DNA from: a virus
Length of the DNA: 64,000 nucleotides
Reading direction: 5' to 3' (one strand)
IMG/VR virus record: IMGVR_UViG_3300037851_000500
Span: 32,001-96,000 of that record
Positions 18,357 to 28,680 of this stretch are shown here, in pieces. The translations under genes and the position numbers were made by a program. How positions within the stretch are numbered: position 1 is the stretch's first letter; every line of letters begins with the position of its first letter. Under the pieces are notes generated by a model. The model was not told the origin of the DNA. It worked only from the letters and a program-made list of their open reading frames with translations, and ran no database searches.

Positions 18357-19556
18357 TTAAATGGGCATGGGTTCTATATCAATATATGCAACGGGGGATT
18401 CAACACCAGCCTCTATATAAAGATATATCTCGGCAATTGAAACACGCGCATCCCCATTATTAAGTGTAACATTAATTCTAAAATATCTATAGGCTGTATC
18501 TGCAACATCACAAACAAAGTCTCTTTTTTCTCCACTTCCCCATGAAATTTGATCGGTAACTGAATCAAGCTCATACCAAATGGAATCATCATTACTTCCA
18601 TACAACGTCCAATTTCTTGGCTGTCTATTTGGTTCAGGAATAGAATTACTTACTAAAGAATAACTACTTATTAGTTTGGCATTATCAACTCCAAGATCTA
18701 TTTTTACCCAACCAGTAGATATAGATGCAACCCAATAATGCCCAGAACCAAAAAGTGTGGAACTATCAAAACATTTCCATCCCCTATAAGAAGAAGTGTA
18801 ATAAGAACTTTCTGTAACCACACATGGGTAAGTATTATACACCACCATATTATGTGGGGCAACATCAATACTGGAATCACTATTATCCACCTGAGTAATT
18901 TCAAATCTTATATTTGGTTGAAAAGTTGTATTATCTGCAATATTAAAAGCAGAAGTATAAATATATTCAGCATCATCATCTGGATTTAAAGTATCTACTA
19001 TTGGAATAAATACAGTTCTTCTTAATGAATTGGTTAAAGCATTATACACACGCACAATAAACATTCCTAAATCAGAACAATCCCCGTCACCATAATCATG
19101 TTCTATACCATAACCTGCTTTTCCGTAACCTACCCCTGGTACTCTTGTCCTTGCCCTCCATGTCACTTTATAATCCACCAATGCTAAATTATATGTTCCA
19201 GATTCTACAAACCCTATACCCTCATTTAAACTTATAGAATAAACCATTCTTTGAGAAGTAGTATCTTGTAAATTTAATATTTCATCAAAATACCCCCATC
19301 CCCATCTTTCTTCTAAATCATTTAATCCCAAAATTTCTTCAAGGAATTCAGTTAATCCAAATTTATCTAATAAAGCTAAAGTCTCAGTTAATAAATAATT
19401 ATATATACTGCCGCCAATTGAGTGAAACCCAATATACTCTATAAAATGTGCTCTATAAATAATTTCATAATCAAATGAATCTGAAAATGCAACAGTTTCA
19501 GAAAAATAATAAACATCTGGAAATGGATTACTTCCTATAAATTTAAATAATTTCAT
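18357..19556 (-). CDS. Tail protein with six N-terminal E-x-phi-x-phi-x-D repeats and a discoidin (F5/8 type C) domain
   Basis: WVKIDLG..PRNWTLYGSND..W..LD..YRYFRINVT..IAEI is the F5/8C signature. Confidence 0.75.
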   Translation of the reverse strand: MKLFKFIGSNPFPDVYYFSETVAFSDSFDYEIIYRAHFIEYIGFHSIGGSIYNYLLTETLALLDKFGLTEFLEEILGLNDLEERWGWGYFDEILNLQDTTSQRMVYSISLNEGIGFVESGTYNLALVDYKVTWRARTRVPGVGYGKAGYGIEHDYGDGDCSDLGMFIVRVYNALTNSLRRTVFIPIVDTLNPDDDAEYIYTSAFNIADNTTFQPNIRFEITQVDNSDSSIDVAPHNMVVYNTYPCVVTESSYYTSSYRGWKCFDSSTLFGSGHYWVASISTGWVKIDLGVDNAKLISSYSLVSNSIPEPNRQPRNWTLYGSNDDSIWYELDSVTDQISWGSGEKRDFVCDVADTAYRYFRINVTLNNGDARVSIAEIYLYIEAGVESPVAYIDIEPMPI

Positions 19557-22500
19557 TCTTCCACCAATCGTAAAGATTCCGGGAAATATGGTCTATAACC
19601 ATATAATTGTATATTTATAGTAAAAGAAACAGCACTATTAAAGTTAAACATCGGAGAAGAACTATATATTAAAGGAACAACCCTAAAGGTCTGACTACCC
19701 AACCAAGTAGAAGCAATATCAACAAATATTGTTGGTTCATAAAAAGTTATTAAACTACCAGAAGCATGAGCAGCAGCATAAGTATCCCTTTGTTGGCGAA
19801 CAATATTCATTAATCTATTATTATCTGCATCAATACCATTATAACTTATTAATTCCTCCCCAATAAAAATTAATCCTGATGTTGGAAGTACACCAGACAA
19901 GTCTGAATATTCTATATAAGAATTATCAAAAATTGAATCGGTTAAAGAATTAACAAGTACCATTGTTATTGGCATAGGAGCAATATTACCAACAACATCC
20001 CAAGTAGTTCCATTAAATCTATAAACCCTTCCACCAATAATATTACTTTGAACAACATCAGAATTAAATCCAAAATAAAGATAAGGAAATTCTCTACTTT
20101 CAAAAATGTTTAAATTGGAAAATTGTGAAACTGGAGTCATATCATTAGTAATTCCTGGAAATCCATTAAAACTATTAGATATTAATAAATTTGATCCCTG
20201 ATCATGGTAAACATAAGGATTATATTCTTCACACTCTAATCTAACTTCAAAAGAATCTCCTACTTCTTCTAAAGACATAATTCTAAAATATTTTCCATTC
20301 CACCCGGTAATTTCATGGGACACTGTAATTATTTCACCAGGGCATAAATAAAGACCAGAAACATCAGCCTCAAAAGCGCAAGACCATTCTACAAATTCAT
20401 TATAATCCATTAATTGCTGTGCTAATCTATTAGCTTGGGAACTTCTCTTTACTCCCCGCATTTTATATGTTTGTATTTTATCATATTCATCAGACAATCT
20501 CAAATAATCTGATTGTGATTCTGCTATTTCATTAACATACTCCTGCAACCTATCCTTATATTCTACTCTAACTAAATTTGGACGTTTAAGCCTTGATTTT
20601 TGTGAAAATACAAAAGTTCCTTCTTTAATATTATCCTTTGGGTTAATATAAAAAGAGCTTCCAGAAATATTTAATCCATGCCAATATGCATCTTCACATA
20701 AAAGATTAAAAGTAGAATCTCCAATTATTTTTAATTGAGTAGTTGACATATGTTCTGTTACTATCACTTCATAAGTTATAAGATTAAAAGTAAATAATCC
20801 ACTTTCACCTTTAAAATAATTTATTGGGTAAGCACTTAAATCCAATGTTAAAATCATAAAATGTGTATCTTTTCCTGTCCAATTGTATGCCACATAAGCA
20901 GTAGACTGTGGATAAGTTGGAATATTCCCTTGAACTGTAAATAAATGCCCAGAACTTTCTTTACCAAAGGAAAATACAGGTGTTTCAGTTGAAGTAGGAA
21001 CTACATATCTTACTTTTTTACCACATTGAAAAATCCAACCCATACATGAATTCATTATATCCCTGGCAATATCCATCACGCTTTCTCTAGCATCCATGCA
21101 CAGAGAATATTGGTATCTTGGTTCCAAAAAATTAATATAATTATTACCAATAACTGCTGTTACAGTTACAGGCTCATTACAAGTGGACGTAGCAGGAGTA
21201 ACACTTGTAACATCTATTAAAGGAATACTGCCCTGTTGAAAATAATCACCAAAAACATCATTTTTAAAAAGAATATCTAGTGCCGATATAGGATTTTCAT
21301 CTCTATGATAAGAATAAGCACTACCTTGATAATACCCACTTAGCAATGTAGTAAAACTACTTGTTAAATTCCAATCAATTGTGGCATAACCACAGGTCCA
21401 TGCTGCTCCTGATTGAGCTACACATCTTAAAACTCCATTAGGATTAAGAGTTGTTGGTGCATTAAGAACCCAAAATTCTCCATAACCACCAAAAGAATAA
21501 TAACCACCATCATAAGCATGATTTAAATATATAAATAACTTATTTTCTATACCCACTTTTCCTATAGACATATCCTCATTAAAAGTTTCACCAGTAAACC
21601 ACCAACCATTATATAGTGGGCCTGTATATACAGTTTCCCTAACTAAAATCTTAATTAACCCACTAGAAAATCTATTATCCCTTAATCTACCAAATCTAAT
21701 TTGGTAATTTGGATAATCATAGCGAAGGGCATACCATTGTTTTATAAGTTCACCAGTATTAGGATTAGTTACCCATAACCATGCTGTAGCATGATAATTT
21801 ATTCCCCAAGCATGACCACACCCATTAGGATTTGACTCCCAAAGACCACGCTCATCCCATGTATCATTACCACCGGAGGAAAAATGATCAAAACTCAAAG
21901 TATCAGAATCTATTGCATATTGACAAATTTTTCCACAAGTTGGGATTTGCATACAAGCATAATATACCCAAATTTCTTCTTCAGTAGCACAAGTAGCTAT
22001 TAAATCTGAAAAGGAACAACAATACTGCAACCCCCACAAAGAATAAAAATAAGGAGCTAAAGTTTTATTTAAAATACCTTCAAATTCCCCTGTTTCTTTA
22101 TCAAATTGCAAAACAGCACATATATTAGGACCACCAATACTAGATATATCACTATATCTCCAAGGATCTCCGTCATTAACTTCATCAGTATATGCATCAT
22201 AGGGTAATTCTGGATTTACCACATCTTGATCATATGCAACTGACGGACTACCCTCAAAAACAAGATAATAATTTTGCCCAGGAACAGGGGCCACAGGTAA
22301 TGGATCTGTTAATGTAATATTCCCTCCAACAAAACTTTCACTCTGATCAATAGTAAAAGCCACATTATAATTATACCCAATTATTACAACTGCATCAAAT
22401 TTTCCATCACGATTAGTTGAAATTAAAGATGGTTTATAATTAGTAATTAAATGTGTAGTTGTACTTCCATAATCAACAGTTATAAATTCCTGTTCATATC

Positions 22501-24094
22501 TTTGAGCATAATCAAGATGCATATATGCCCCTGTAACTGGATTTCTACCCATTTCCTGATCAATATCAACATAAGTTTGTGTTTGAGCTACTATTCTTCT
22601 TGGAACTCCCTTACCACCAAAACTTAAATTACTTATAGATTCCCAAATATATTTATTCACCCACCAACCATCAGGATACCCGGAAAGATCTAAATAAATT
22701 CTTGTTCCTGGTGCTACAGTATCTTGGGTGCATCTTAAATTATCTTGTAAAGGAAAAGCATCTTGTACTAACTGACCAAATACTAATATTTTACCACTTC
22801 TTGTTACTTCCATTGATTTTGCTACAAAGGCACAATTCCCAGAATCAAAATGATTTAACCCATAAATAGGTTCATCCAATTTTAAAGATACTGGGTTTAA
22901 AGTATCTTCTCTATCAATATAAAATAAACTATATTTTAAAGAATATTGAGCGTGGTGCTTACTTTCTGGGTCAGTATCCAACCAATGGTTTTCTCCTGAT
23001 ACTATTTTTCCATGAAAAAAATATATTCTGTTATCCCACTCATCTGTACGAGATAAACTCATATCATTATTCCAACCAGCAGTTATATCATAAATATTCA
23101 TTGGATAGGTAACATTATTAACTGTAGTTGGATAATTAGCAATTACAGTTTCACCATAAAAAGGATGAATTCTTGAAAATCTAAATTGATTTACAAGATT
23201 AATAAAACCTGATTGAAAAGTATACCAATAATCATGTAAACCATCTCTGGAACTATGTCTTTGTACGGAAGATATAAAACTTGGTTGCGGTTTAAATGAT
23301 TCACCAGCATAAATAGAAAAACAAGATGTTACTTCTCCAGTTATGTCTGGAAATTGGGTTAGTCTTATAGCATCTCTAAAATTAAATTCATCAGCATTAT
23401 ATGTATCATCAATTCCAAGGTCCTCGACTATGGAAAAATCCCCAAACCACCCATCATAACTAAACCAGTTGTACCATTTATAAGGAACATCTGGATCTGG
23501 TTCTCTTAAAAGATAAGAAGTTGAATCCGTATAACCTGCATCTTTCCTAATCCATATTGGGTGAACACCAGCACCAATATTATAGTCTTCTAACATTCCC
23601 TCCATTTTAATAGCGTCACTTAACCACAACCCCCAAAACCAAATGTCTTTAGTATTAAAAAACAATCTATCAATATTATGTCTAAGACCAGCACCATAAT
23701 AAGGACCAATTTTTTGAGCAAAAGCAATAGCAAATTTAGAATTTGTAGGTCTGTAATATGAACCAAAATAAGAAGATCCCTGACTATATACTCCCTGTGC
23801 TCTTAATTCAGCAGAATCATACAAACTCAATTGCCCAAACCAAACAATTGAACCGGGGCAAATATCAGAACCAATTAAATATGGAACAGCATCCAATTTA
23901 GTAGATAAGTTAATATCCCTTGTTTCATTATTATATGGTTTATGATTTTTACCACCAATAATACCAAATATCCAAGCCCCCAACATTGAGCCAATCCAAC
24001 CACCCACCATAGAACCAATTGGCCCCCAGTAAGAACCAATTATGGAACCGAGTGTTCCACCAGCAGAACTACCTGTAGAAACATCCACTGACAT
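19553..24094 (-). CDS. Tail tip/central fibre protein (gpJ-like), long paralogue
   Basis: C-terminal part shares DNIKEGxF, PNxxRxExxxR, GVKRxxQAxRxAQ and VSHxxTGW with 24101-26398; large aromatic-rich insertion. Confidence 0.75.
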   Translation of the reverse strand: MSVDVSTGSSAGGTLGSIIGSYWGPIGSMVGGWIGSMLGAWIFGIIGGKNHKPYNNETRDINLSTKLDAVPYLIGSDICPGSIVWFGQLSLYDSAELRAQGVYSQGSSYFGSYYRPTNSKFAIAFAQKIGPYYGAGLRHNIDRLFFNTKDIWFWGLWLSDAIKMEGMLEDYNIGAGVHPIWIRKDAGYTDSTSYLLREPDPDVPYKWYNWFSYDGWFGDFSIVEDLGIDDTYNADEFNFRDAIRLTQFPDITGEVTSCFSIYAGESFKPQPSFISSVQRHSSRDGLHDYWYTFQSGFINLVNQFRFSRIHPFYGETVIANYPTTVNNVTYPMNIYDITAGWNNDMSLSRTDEWDNRIYFFHGKIVSGENHWLDTDPESKHHAQYSLKYSLFYIDREDTLNPVSLKLDEPIYGLNHFDSGNCAFVAKSMEVTRSGKILVFGQLVQDAFPLQDNLRCTQDTVAPGTRIYLDLSGYPDGWWVNKYIWESISNLSFGGKGVPRRIVAQTQTYVDIDQEMGRNPVTGAYMHLDYAQRYEQEFITVDYGSTTTHLITNYKPSLISTNRDGKFDAVVIIGYNYNVAFTIDQSESFVGGNITLTDPLPVAPVPGQNYYLVFEGSPSVAYDQDVVNPELPYDAYTDEVNDGDPWRYSDISSIGGPNICAVLQFDKETGEFEGILNKTLAPYFYSLWGLQYCCSFSDLIATCATEEEIWVYYACMQIPTCGKICQYAIDSDTLSFDHFSSGGNDTWDERGLWESNPNGCGHAWGINYHATAWLWVTNPNTGELIKQWYALRYDYPNYQIRFGRLRDNRFSSGLIKILVRETVYTGPLYNGWWFTGETFNEDMSIGKVGIENKLFIYLNHAYDGGYYSFGGYGEFWVLNAPTTLNPNGVLRCVAQSGAAWTCGYATIDWNLTSSFTTLLSGYYQGSAYSYHRDENPISALDILFKNDVFGDYFQQGSIPLIDVTSVTPATSTCNEPVTVTAVIGNNYINFLEPRYQYSLCMDARESVMDIARDIMNSCMGWIFQCGKKVRYVVPTSTETPVFSFGKESSGHLFTVQGNIPTYPQSTAYVAYNWTGKDTHFMILTLDLSAYPINYFKGESGLFTFNLITYEVIVTEHMSTTQLKIIGDSTFNLLCEDAYWHGLNISGSSFYINPKDNIKEGTFVFSQKSRLKRPNLVRVEYKDRLQEYVNEIAESQSDYLRLSDEYDKIQTYKMRGVKRSSQANRLAQQLMDYNEFVEWSCAFEADVSGLYLCPGEIITVSHEITGWNGKYFRIMSLEEVGDSFEVRLECEEYNPYVYHDQGSNLLISNSFNGFPGITNDMTPVSQFSNLNIFESREFPYLYFGFNSDVVQSNIIGGRVYRFNGTTWDVVGNIAPMPITMVLVNSLTDSIFDNSYIEYSDLSGVLPTSGLIFIGEELISYNGIDADNNRLMNIVRQQRDTYAAAHASGSLITFYEPTIFVDIASTWLGSQTFRVVPLIYSSSPMFNFNSAVSFTINIQLYGYRPYFPESLRLVEE

Positions 24095-24100
24095 GAGTAT

Positions 24101-26398
24101 TTATACCAAAATTAATATATCATTTGGTGTGGTATTATCATTCGGAGCAACAATACCATCTGCACTATAGGATACTATTCTGATTGTCCACTGATTACCA
24201 ACATCAGTATCCTCAAAAGTAATAAAGGGAGTATCAATTTGCTTTAAACTACAATATTTATCGGCTGTATGTGCTACTCTAATTCCGACAGTTCTAACAC
24301 ATCCCTCAAACTCAAAATTAACAGCATCAATACTTGTATAAGTAATGTATTCTTCATCAATCCAAAAACCACCAGATGATGGAAATGCCCCATACAAAGT
24401 AGAATTATCAAACGGAATTACGGTTTGAACATCTGTTATATCTGAAGCCAGTTTAACACTTGGGGTAGTAATAGAAACAAGTGTGATATATTGAAATTCT
24501 GCATCAACCCCATTTTGAACATAAACACGAACACCATACCAATAAGGTTCATCTTCTGGTCTTTTAAAGCACAACCAAATTTTATTTTCAGTATAATCTT
24601 GAATAGCGTTAAATCTTTCTGTTTGCGCCGGAATATCCCATCTTGATGGGGTGGCATTATACGTTGTTCTAAACGGAGAAACTATGCTATCACTATAAAC
24701 ATTAGAATTATATTCCAATAATCCTAATTGAATTTCATCTTCCTCTTTTTCTTCAATATTAACTACTCTAAAGGATTTTTTATCCCACCCTGTTTGTGCA
24801 TGTGAAACACCAACAATATCACCTACTGCATGTTGATACCCCTCTACCCCAGTAATAAATACACAAGTTTGTCTCGCATAAGTAGTGGCATCAGAAAAAA
24901 ATTGGGCCATTCTCATTGCCTGAGTTTTTCTTTTAACTCCACCAAATCTAATAGTCTTTATTTTTCTAAAATTAGTAGTAATACTGGAAGTGCTATTTGC
25001 TTTAGAATAATATTCTGGAGTTTCATGTTCAATAACATCATTGCCATATTCATTAACCCAGGCATTATTTTCCTCATCCCACATTACCCTATTTATAAAT
25101 TCTATCCTGTATATATTAGGAATACTATACTCAGGAATAGATTTAAAAGTAAATGATCCTTCTTTAATATTATCCTTTAATAAAGATATAGTTATTCCAG
25201 AAGAAAAAGCAGAATCAAGATCATCACATAAATCAATATAAGTACTTGTTTGATTATATATAAAAAATTCTATAACTACACCATCTTCATCCGTATATGT
25301 TCCAGAAGCACCTTTCCAAAATTGATCTGGATAATCAGAAAAATCAGAAAATATTCTATTTACTGTACACCCACCGGATGTAACAAAATCAACTTGTAAT
25401 CTATCTGAATAATAATATTCTGGAACTTCACCAGCCTTTTCTATTAATGGTTCCAAAAGCCCCTGCTTATATCTAAGCAAACTTCTACAAGAAGAAAATA
25501 AATCTGTTAATATATCAAAACCTTTGTTTCTATCAGATATATATCGAGAATATCTAAAACGTGGTTCTTGTTGAGTTACACCATTAGCATCTATATAACT
25601 AACAAGCTCATCACAATAATCTGCTTCTATTTTCCAGGGAGAACCAACAGTATCAGGATCACCATTAAATTCTTCAGGATTTATGCCCATTCCATATCTT
25701 TTATTGGTCAAAAAATCATAAGCACATCTTATTGGATTAGCATCCAATTCATCTTCTTCTACACAAAAACCTCTTAATTCAACAGCTATATTTGGAACAG
25801 TCGCAGTAGAAGATCCCTCAACACGAAGCTCCATTGTTGACCAACAGGTGTATTTTAATTTTGGAAATGGGTAAACATTCCCTGAGTACAATGATTCAAA
25901 ATATGAATCCCCAACAGGAACAGCTTCACCAGAATGAAATACTCTTAAATTAATATGATACCCCTCTATATCATCTTCAGCTTGTTCAAATAATTTATCA
26001 TTTGCCCAACGTCTATAAGGATAAGCCATTGTTACTGGGCCTTCACAATGAGCTACAGCCCAAAAAGCATCAAGTTCAACTAAAAATGTTTCTGGCCCCT
26101 CCTTACCACCACCCTCCCTGTCAACATCAATATCGAAATCTCCTTTAGCAATTACACCACCACCACATTTATCTTGCCCATATAAAACTGGTAATGGCGC
26201 ATTTCTTACATAAGAATTAAAAGTTAAATCTCCTTGTGGGTTTGGCTTTTTAGGACTATCTGGGGGGTCAATTAACCTACCTAAGAATCCACCAATTGCC
26301 ATCCCAATCATTGCACCAGGGTATCCACCAATGTACCCACCTATGGCACCACCTATAACAGTACCTATAGTTCCACCAAGAGATCCACCTATATTCAT
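24101..26398 (-). CDS. Tail tip hub protein (gpI/gpJ-like, Phage-tail_3 type)
   Basis: Gly-rich hydrophobic N-terminus, PVLYG, DANP..YDFLTNKRYGMG; follows NlpC/P60. Confidence 0.8.
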   Translation of the reverse strand: MNIGGSLGGTIGTVIGGAIGGYIGGYPGAMIGMAIGGFLGRLIDPPDSPKKPNPQGDLTFNSYVRNAPLPVLYGQDKCGGGVIAKGDFDIDVDREGGGKEGPETFLVELDAFWAVAHCEGPVTMAYPYRRWANDKLFEQAEDDIEGYHINLRVFHSGEAVPVGDSYFESLYSGNVYPFPKLKYTCWSTMELRVEGSSTATVPNIAVELRGFCVEEDELDANPIRCAYDFLTNKRYGMGINPEEFNGDPDTVGSPWKIEADYCDELVSYIDANGVTQQEPRFRYSRYISDRNKGFDILTDLFSSCRSLLRYKQGLLEPLIEKAGEVPEYYYSDRLQVDFVTSGGCTVNRIFSDFSDYPDQFWKGASGTYTDEDGVVIEFFIYNQTSTYIDLCDDLDSAFSSGITISLLKDNIKEGSFTFKSIPEYSIPNIYRIEFINRVMWDEENNAWVNEYGNDVIEHETPEYYSKANSTSSITTNFRKIKTIRFGGVKRKTQAMRMAQFFSDATTYARQTCVFITGVEGYQHAVGDIVGVSHAQTGWDKKSFRVVNIEEKEEDEIQLGLLEYNSNVYSDSIVSPFRTTYNATPSRWDIPAQTERFNAIQDYTENKIWLCFKRPEDEPYWYGVRVYVQNGVDAEFQYITLVSITTPSVKLASDITDVQTVIPFDNSTLYGAFPSSGGFWIDEEYITYTSIDAVNFEFEGCVRTVGIRVAHTADKYCSLKQIDTPFITFEDTDVGNQWTIRIVSYSADGIVAPNDNTTPNDILILV

Positions 26399-26847
26399 TG
26401 TGTATACCCTTTATATCTAAAATAAGATCCTAATCTTTTTTTATAAGAATCAGAAATAATGTCTATTTTTACAACTTTATCTTTAGATGATCCAGAACCA
26501 CGAACATGAATCATATAATTTTCAGAAATAATAAACCCACAATGATGCGCGGGGTACTTATTACCAAATAATTTAAAAGTAATAACATCCCCTTTTTGTG
26601 GGTTTCTTACTTCATCAAAACCATATTTTAATAAATGATTATGCAGCCTATCCTCATTCCTTTTCCACCATGTAGGGATATAACCATTTCCATCATCTGA
26701 AGGTATATGAATTCCACACCTTTTAAAAGAAACTATTATTAATCCTAAACAATCTATACCAAGTATTGATCTTCCTTTATGATAAAATGGCGCACCCAAA
26801 AATTTTCTGGATTCTATTAAAATACGATCTGGGGTAATTTCTGTCAT
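26395..26847 (-). CDS. NlpC/P60 tail-assembly peptidase (gpK-like)
   Basis: GAPFYHKGR..GIDCLGL..HCG..MIH catalytic Cys/His. Confidence 0.92.
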   Translation of the reverse strand: MTEITPDRILIESRKFLGAPFYHKGRSILGIDCLGLIIVSFKRCGIHIPSDDGNGYIPTWWKRNEDRLHNHLLKYGFDEVRNPQKGDVITFKLFGNKYPAHHCGFIISENYMIHVRGSGSSKDKVVKIDIISDSYKKRLGSYFRYKGYTQ

Positions 26848-26849
26848 AA

Positions 26850-27377
26850 TTAAAAATTTGTAATACGTTCAAATTTAAAACCTTTATGATGTCTGCGATT
26901 CCCAGAAACGCAAGAATAACAATGGGAATAATTTAAATTATGATCTTTTGCAAATTGATTTAAATTTTTTCTAAATATAACCCCACCAATTGGAGTTGTA
27001 ATTTTAAACCAACTAAATTCTTTTTGTTTATTTTTCCACTGATCCCTCATAGGTATAAAAATACAATTATCAAAGCAATAATTTCCATTTACATTTATAC
27101 GTTCTATAGAAAGATCCTCAGTTCTGTATTGCCACTTTTTAGCATACAAAAATTTAAAATACATATCTGCTTTAAAACCAACAAAATCATTCCATCTTGA
27201 GTCAATTGTAATACCCCTACCACCATAATTTTTCCATTTAGGTGAATTTGGGTTAGTACACCTATTTTTCATTGATTTCCAAATCCTATAAAATTTAGTC
27301 CCATGTTCCCCATGCTTAAAATTTCTTTCAGAAAGATCTGGTCTAATATTGCCGGTATTTCCATGTTTCCTTTTCAT
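26850..27377 (-). CDS. HNH homing endonuclease
   Basis: YRIWKSMKNRC..NYGGRGI..SIERINVNGNYCFDNC and a C-terminal HHKGFKF DNA-binding module. Confidence 0.9.
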   Translation of the reverse strand: MKRKHGNTGNIRPDLSERNFKHGEHGTKFYRIWKSMKNRCTNPNSPKWKNYGGRGITIDSRWNDFVGFKADMYFKFLYAKKWQYRTEDLSIERINVNGNYCFDNCIFIPMRDQWKNKQKEFSWFKITTPIGGVIFRKNLNQFAKDHNLNYSHCYSCVSGNRRHHKGFKFERITNF

Positions 27378-27420
27378 AATTCCTCCTATGATTTCAATAA
27401 GTTACAATATCATGGGAAGA

Positions 27421-27449
27421 ATTATAACATAGTTCATTGTCCATGTCAA
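27421..27449 (-). promoter_or_regulatory. Perfect-consensus sigma70 promoter for the HNH gene
   Basis: Minus strand TTGACA-17 nt-TATAAT with extended -10 TG; AGGAGG RBS downstream. Confidence 0.85.
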
Positions 27450-27463
27450 GTGATTGAAATTGT

Positions 27464-28306
27464 TTATAATAATGGTGCTTTAGGTGTATGCGGGAACCCA
27501 CCGTAATTAACATAATTATTAAATACATCAATACATGCTGTTGGATTTCTAGCACACATTTTTACAACTTTAAGGGATGTACCAATAGGAATAGTAAATC
27601 CAAAAGGAACTCTAAGAGTAACAGAAGAAGTATCATTAGCAAGAATTGGTCTATATAAATCTATATAAGTACCACTTGTTATTTTTACATACCCAGGAAC
27701 AAAATAATTTGCAACCTGACCATGACTACACGCTAAAACAGCCCCATTTGATTCAGAATCCAAAGTTGTATTTACTGTATAATCATTTATATCTAGTGTA
27801 CAAAGATCATCGCAAAATGACCAATTACACCCGACTTGAAAAATTCTATTTGGAAATTCTCTTTCAAAAATACTAAATGGGCGCATTTGAAAAGTAATCC
27901 AATGCTCATCTCCTTTTGGTTCATCCAAATACCCCTCAAATAAATCCATATACCCTAAAGCAGTTGTACTTTTAGGATTAACAAATATCAAACTAACTGT
28001 ACATCTTCTATTAGTGTATTTCCCCATCATAACATCATTTTTAAAAGATAAATCCGCATTATCCAAACCAATTTCTAATTCATTTAAAATAGTACCTTCT
28101 TCACTCTTAATTGTAGATCGTTTAATAGCTAAAGCTGTAAATGTTTTATTTATTAATCTCTGATAAGGATTAACTACAATATTTTTATTATTTGCCACAT
28201 AACAATAATCATATGAGGTTGATAAAGAAAAAGCGTAACCTGTTAACAGTGTGATCCCAGGTTTAAAAAGGTATTTAACATAATTAACATCAATATCTTT
28301 GGGCAT
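27464..28306 (-). CDS. Tail tip protein, DUF2163/BR0599 (gpL-like)
   Basis: FQVGCNWSFCDDLC and C..C..FNN..NYGGFPHTP Cys motif. Confidence 0.85.
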   Translation of the reverse strand: MPKDIDVNYVKYLFKPGITLLTGYAFSLSTSYDYCYVANNKNIVVNPYQRLINKTFTALAIKRSTIKSEEGTILNELEIGLDNADLSFKNDVMMGKYTNRRCTVSLIFVNPKSTTALGYMDLFEGYLDEPKGDEHWITFQMRPFSIFEREFPNRIFQVGCNWSFCDDLCTLDINDYTVNTTLDSESNGAVLACSHGQVANYFVPGYVKITSGTYIDLYRPILANDTSSVTLRVPFGFTIPIGTSLKVVKMCARNPTACIDVFNNYVNYGGFPHTPKAPLL

Positions 28307-28665
28307 TAAATAATCTCCTCAACAAAAACAATATTAAAATGCCAAATGTTACCCATTCCCTCTGGATTTTCATATGTAAATTCTTTATACCTAACATAAT
28401 AAGTGATGGGTGTGCCCCCAGAAAAAAAATTAGGAGTAACAATCCAATTAAAAGGAATATTAAAACCATTTTGTCCATCATAATGTGCAAGGATTAAATC
28501 TTTTTCAGTATTTGTTTGCCCCCTAATTTCAATTGTCCACGTTCTTCGTGGATGAGTGGATTTCAAACGCGATTTAACCTTCCACCCCTCCATAGGAGTA
28601 GAAAGGACATTATATTCTGGTTTGCCAGGGGTGCATCTATGAATCTCGAATGTAAAATCCGCCAT
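28306..28665 (-). CDS. Distal tail protein (gpM/DUF2460-like)
   Basis: Position after the tape measure; PRRTW..G..IPFNW pattern. Confidence 0.75.
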   Translation of the reverse strand: MADFTFEIHRCTPGKPEYNVLSTPMEGWKVKSRLKSTHPRRTWTIEIRGQTNTEKDLILAHYDGQNGFNIPFNWIVTPNFFSGGTPITYYVRYKEFTYENPEGMGNIWHFNIVFVEEII

Positions 28666-28680
28666 TATATATTATTCCTT

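Noticed and set aside
8539-26398. Diversity-generating retroelement or shufflon acting on fibre genes
   Set aside because: No reverse transcriptase or invertase, and no near-identical TR/VR pair was seen; the paralogues are diverged throughout.
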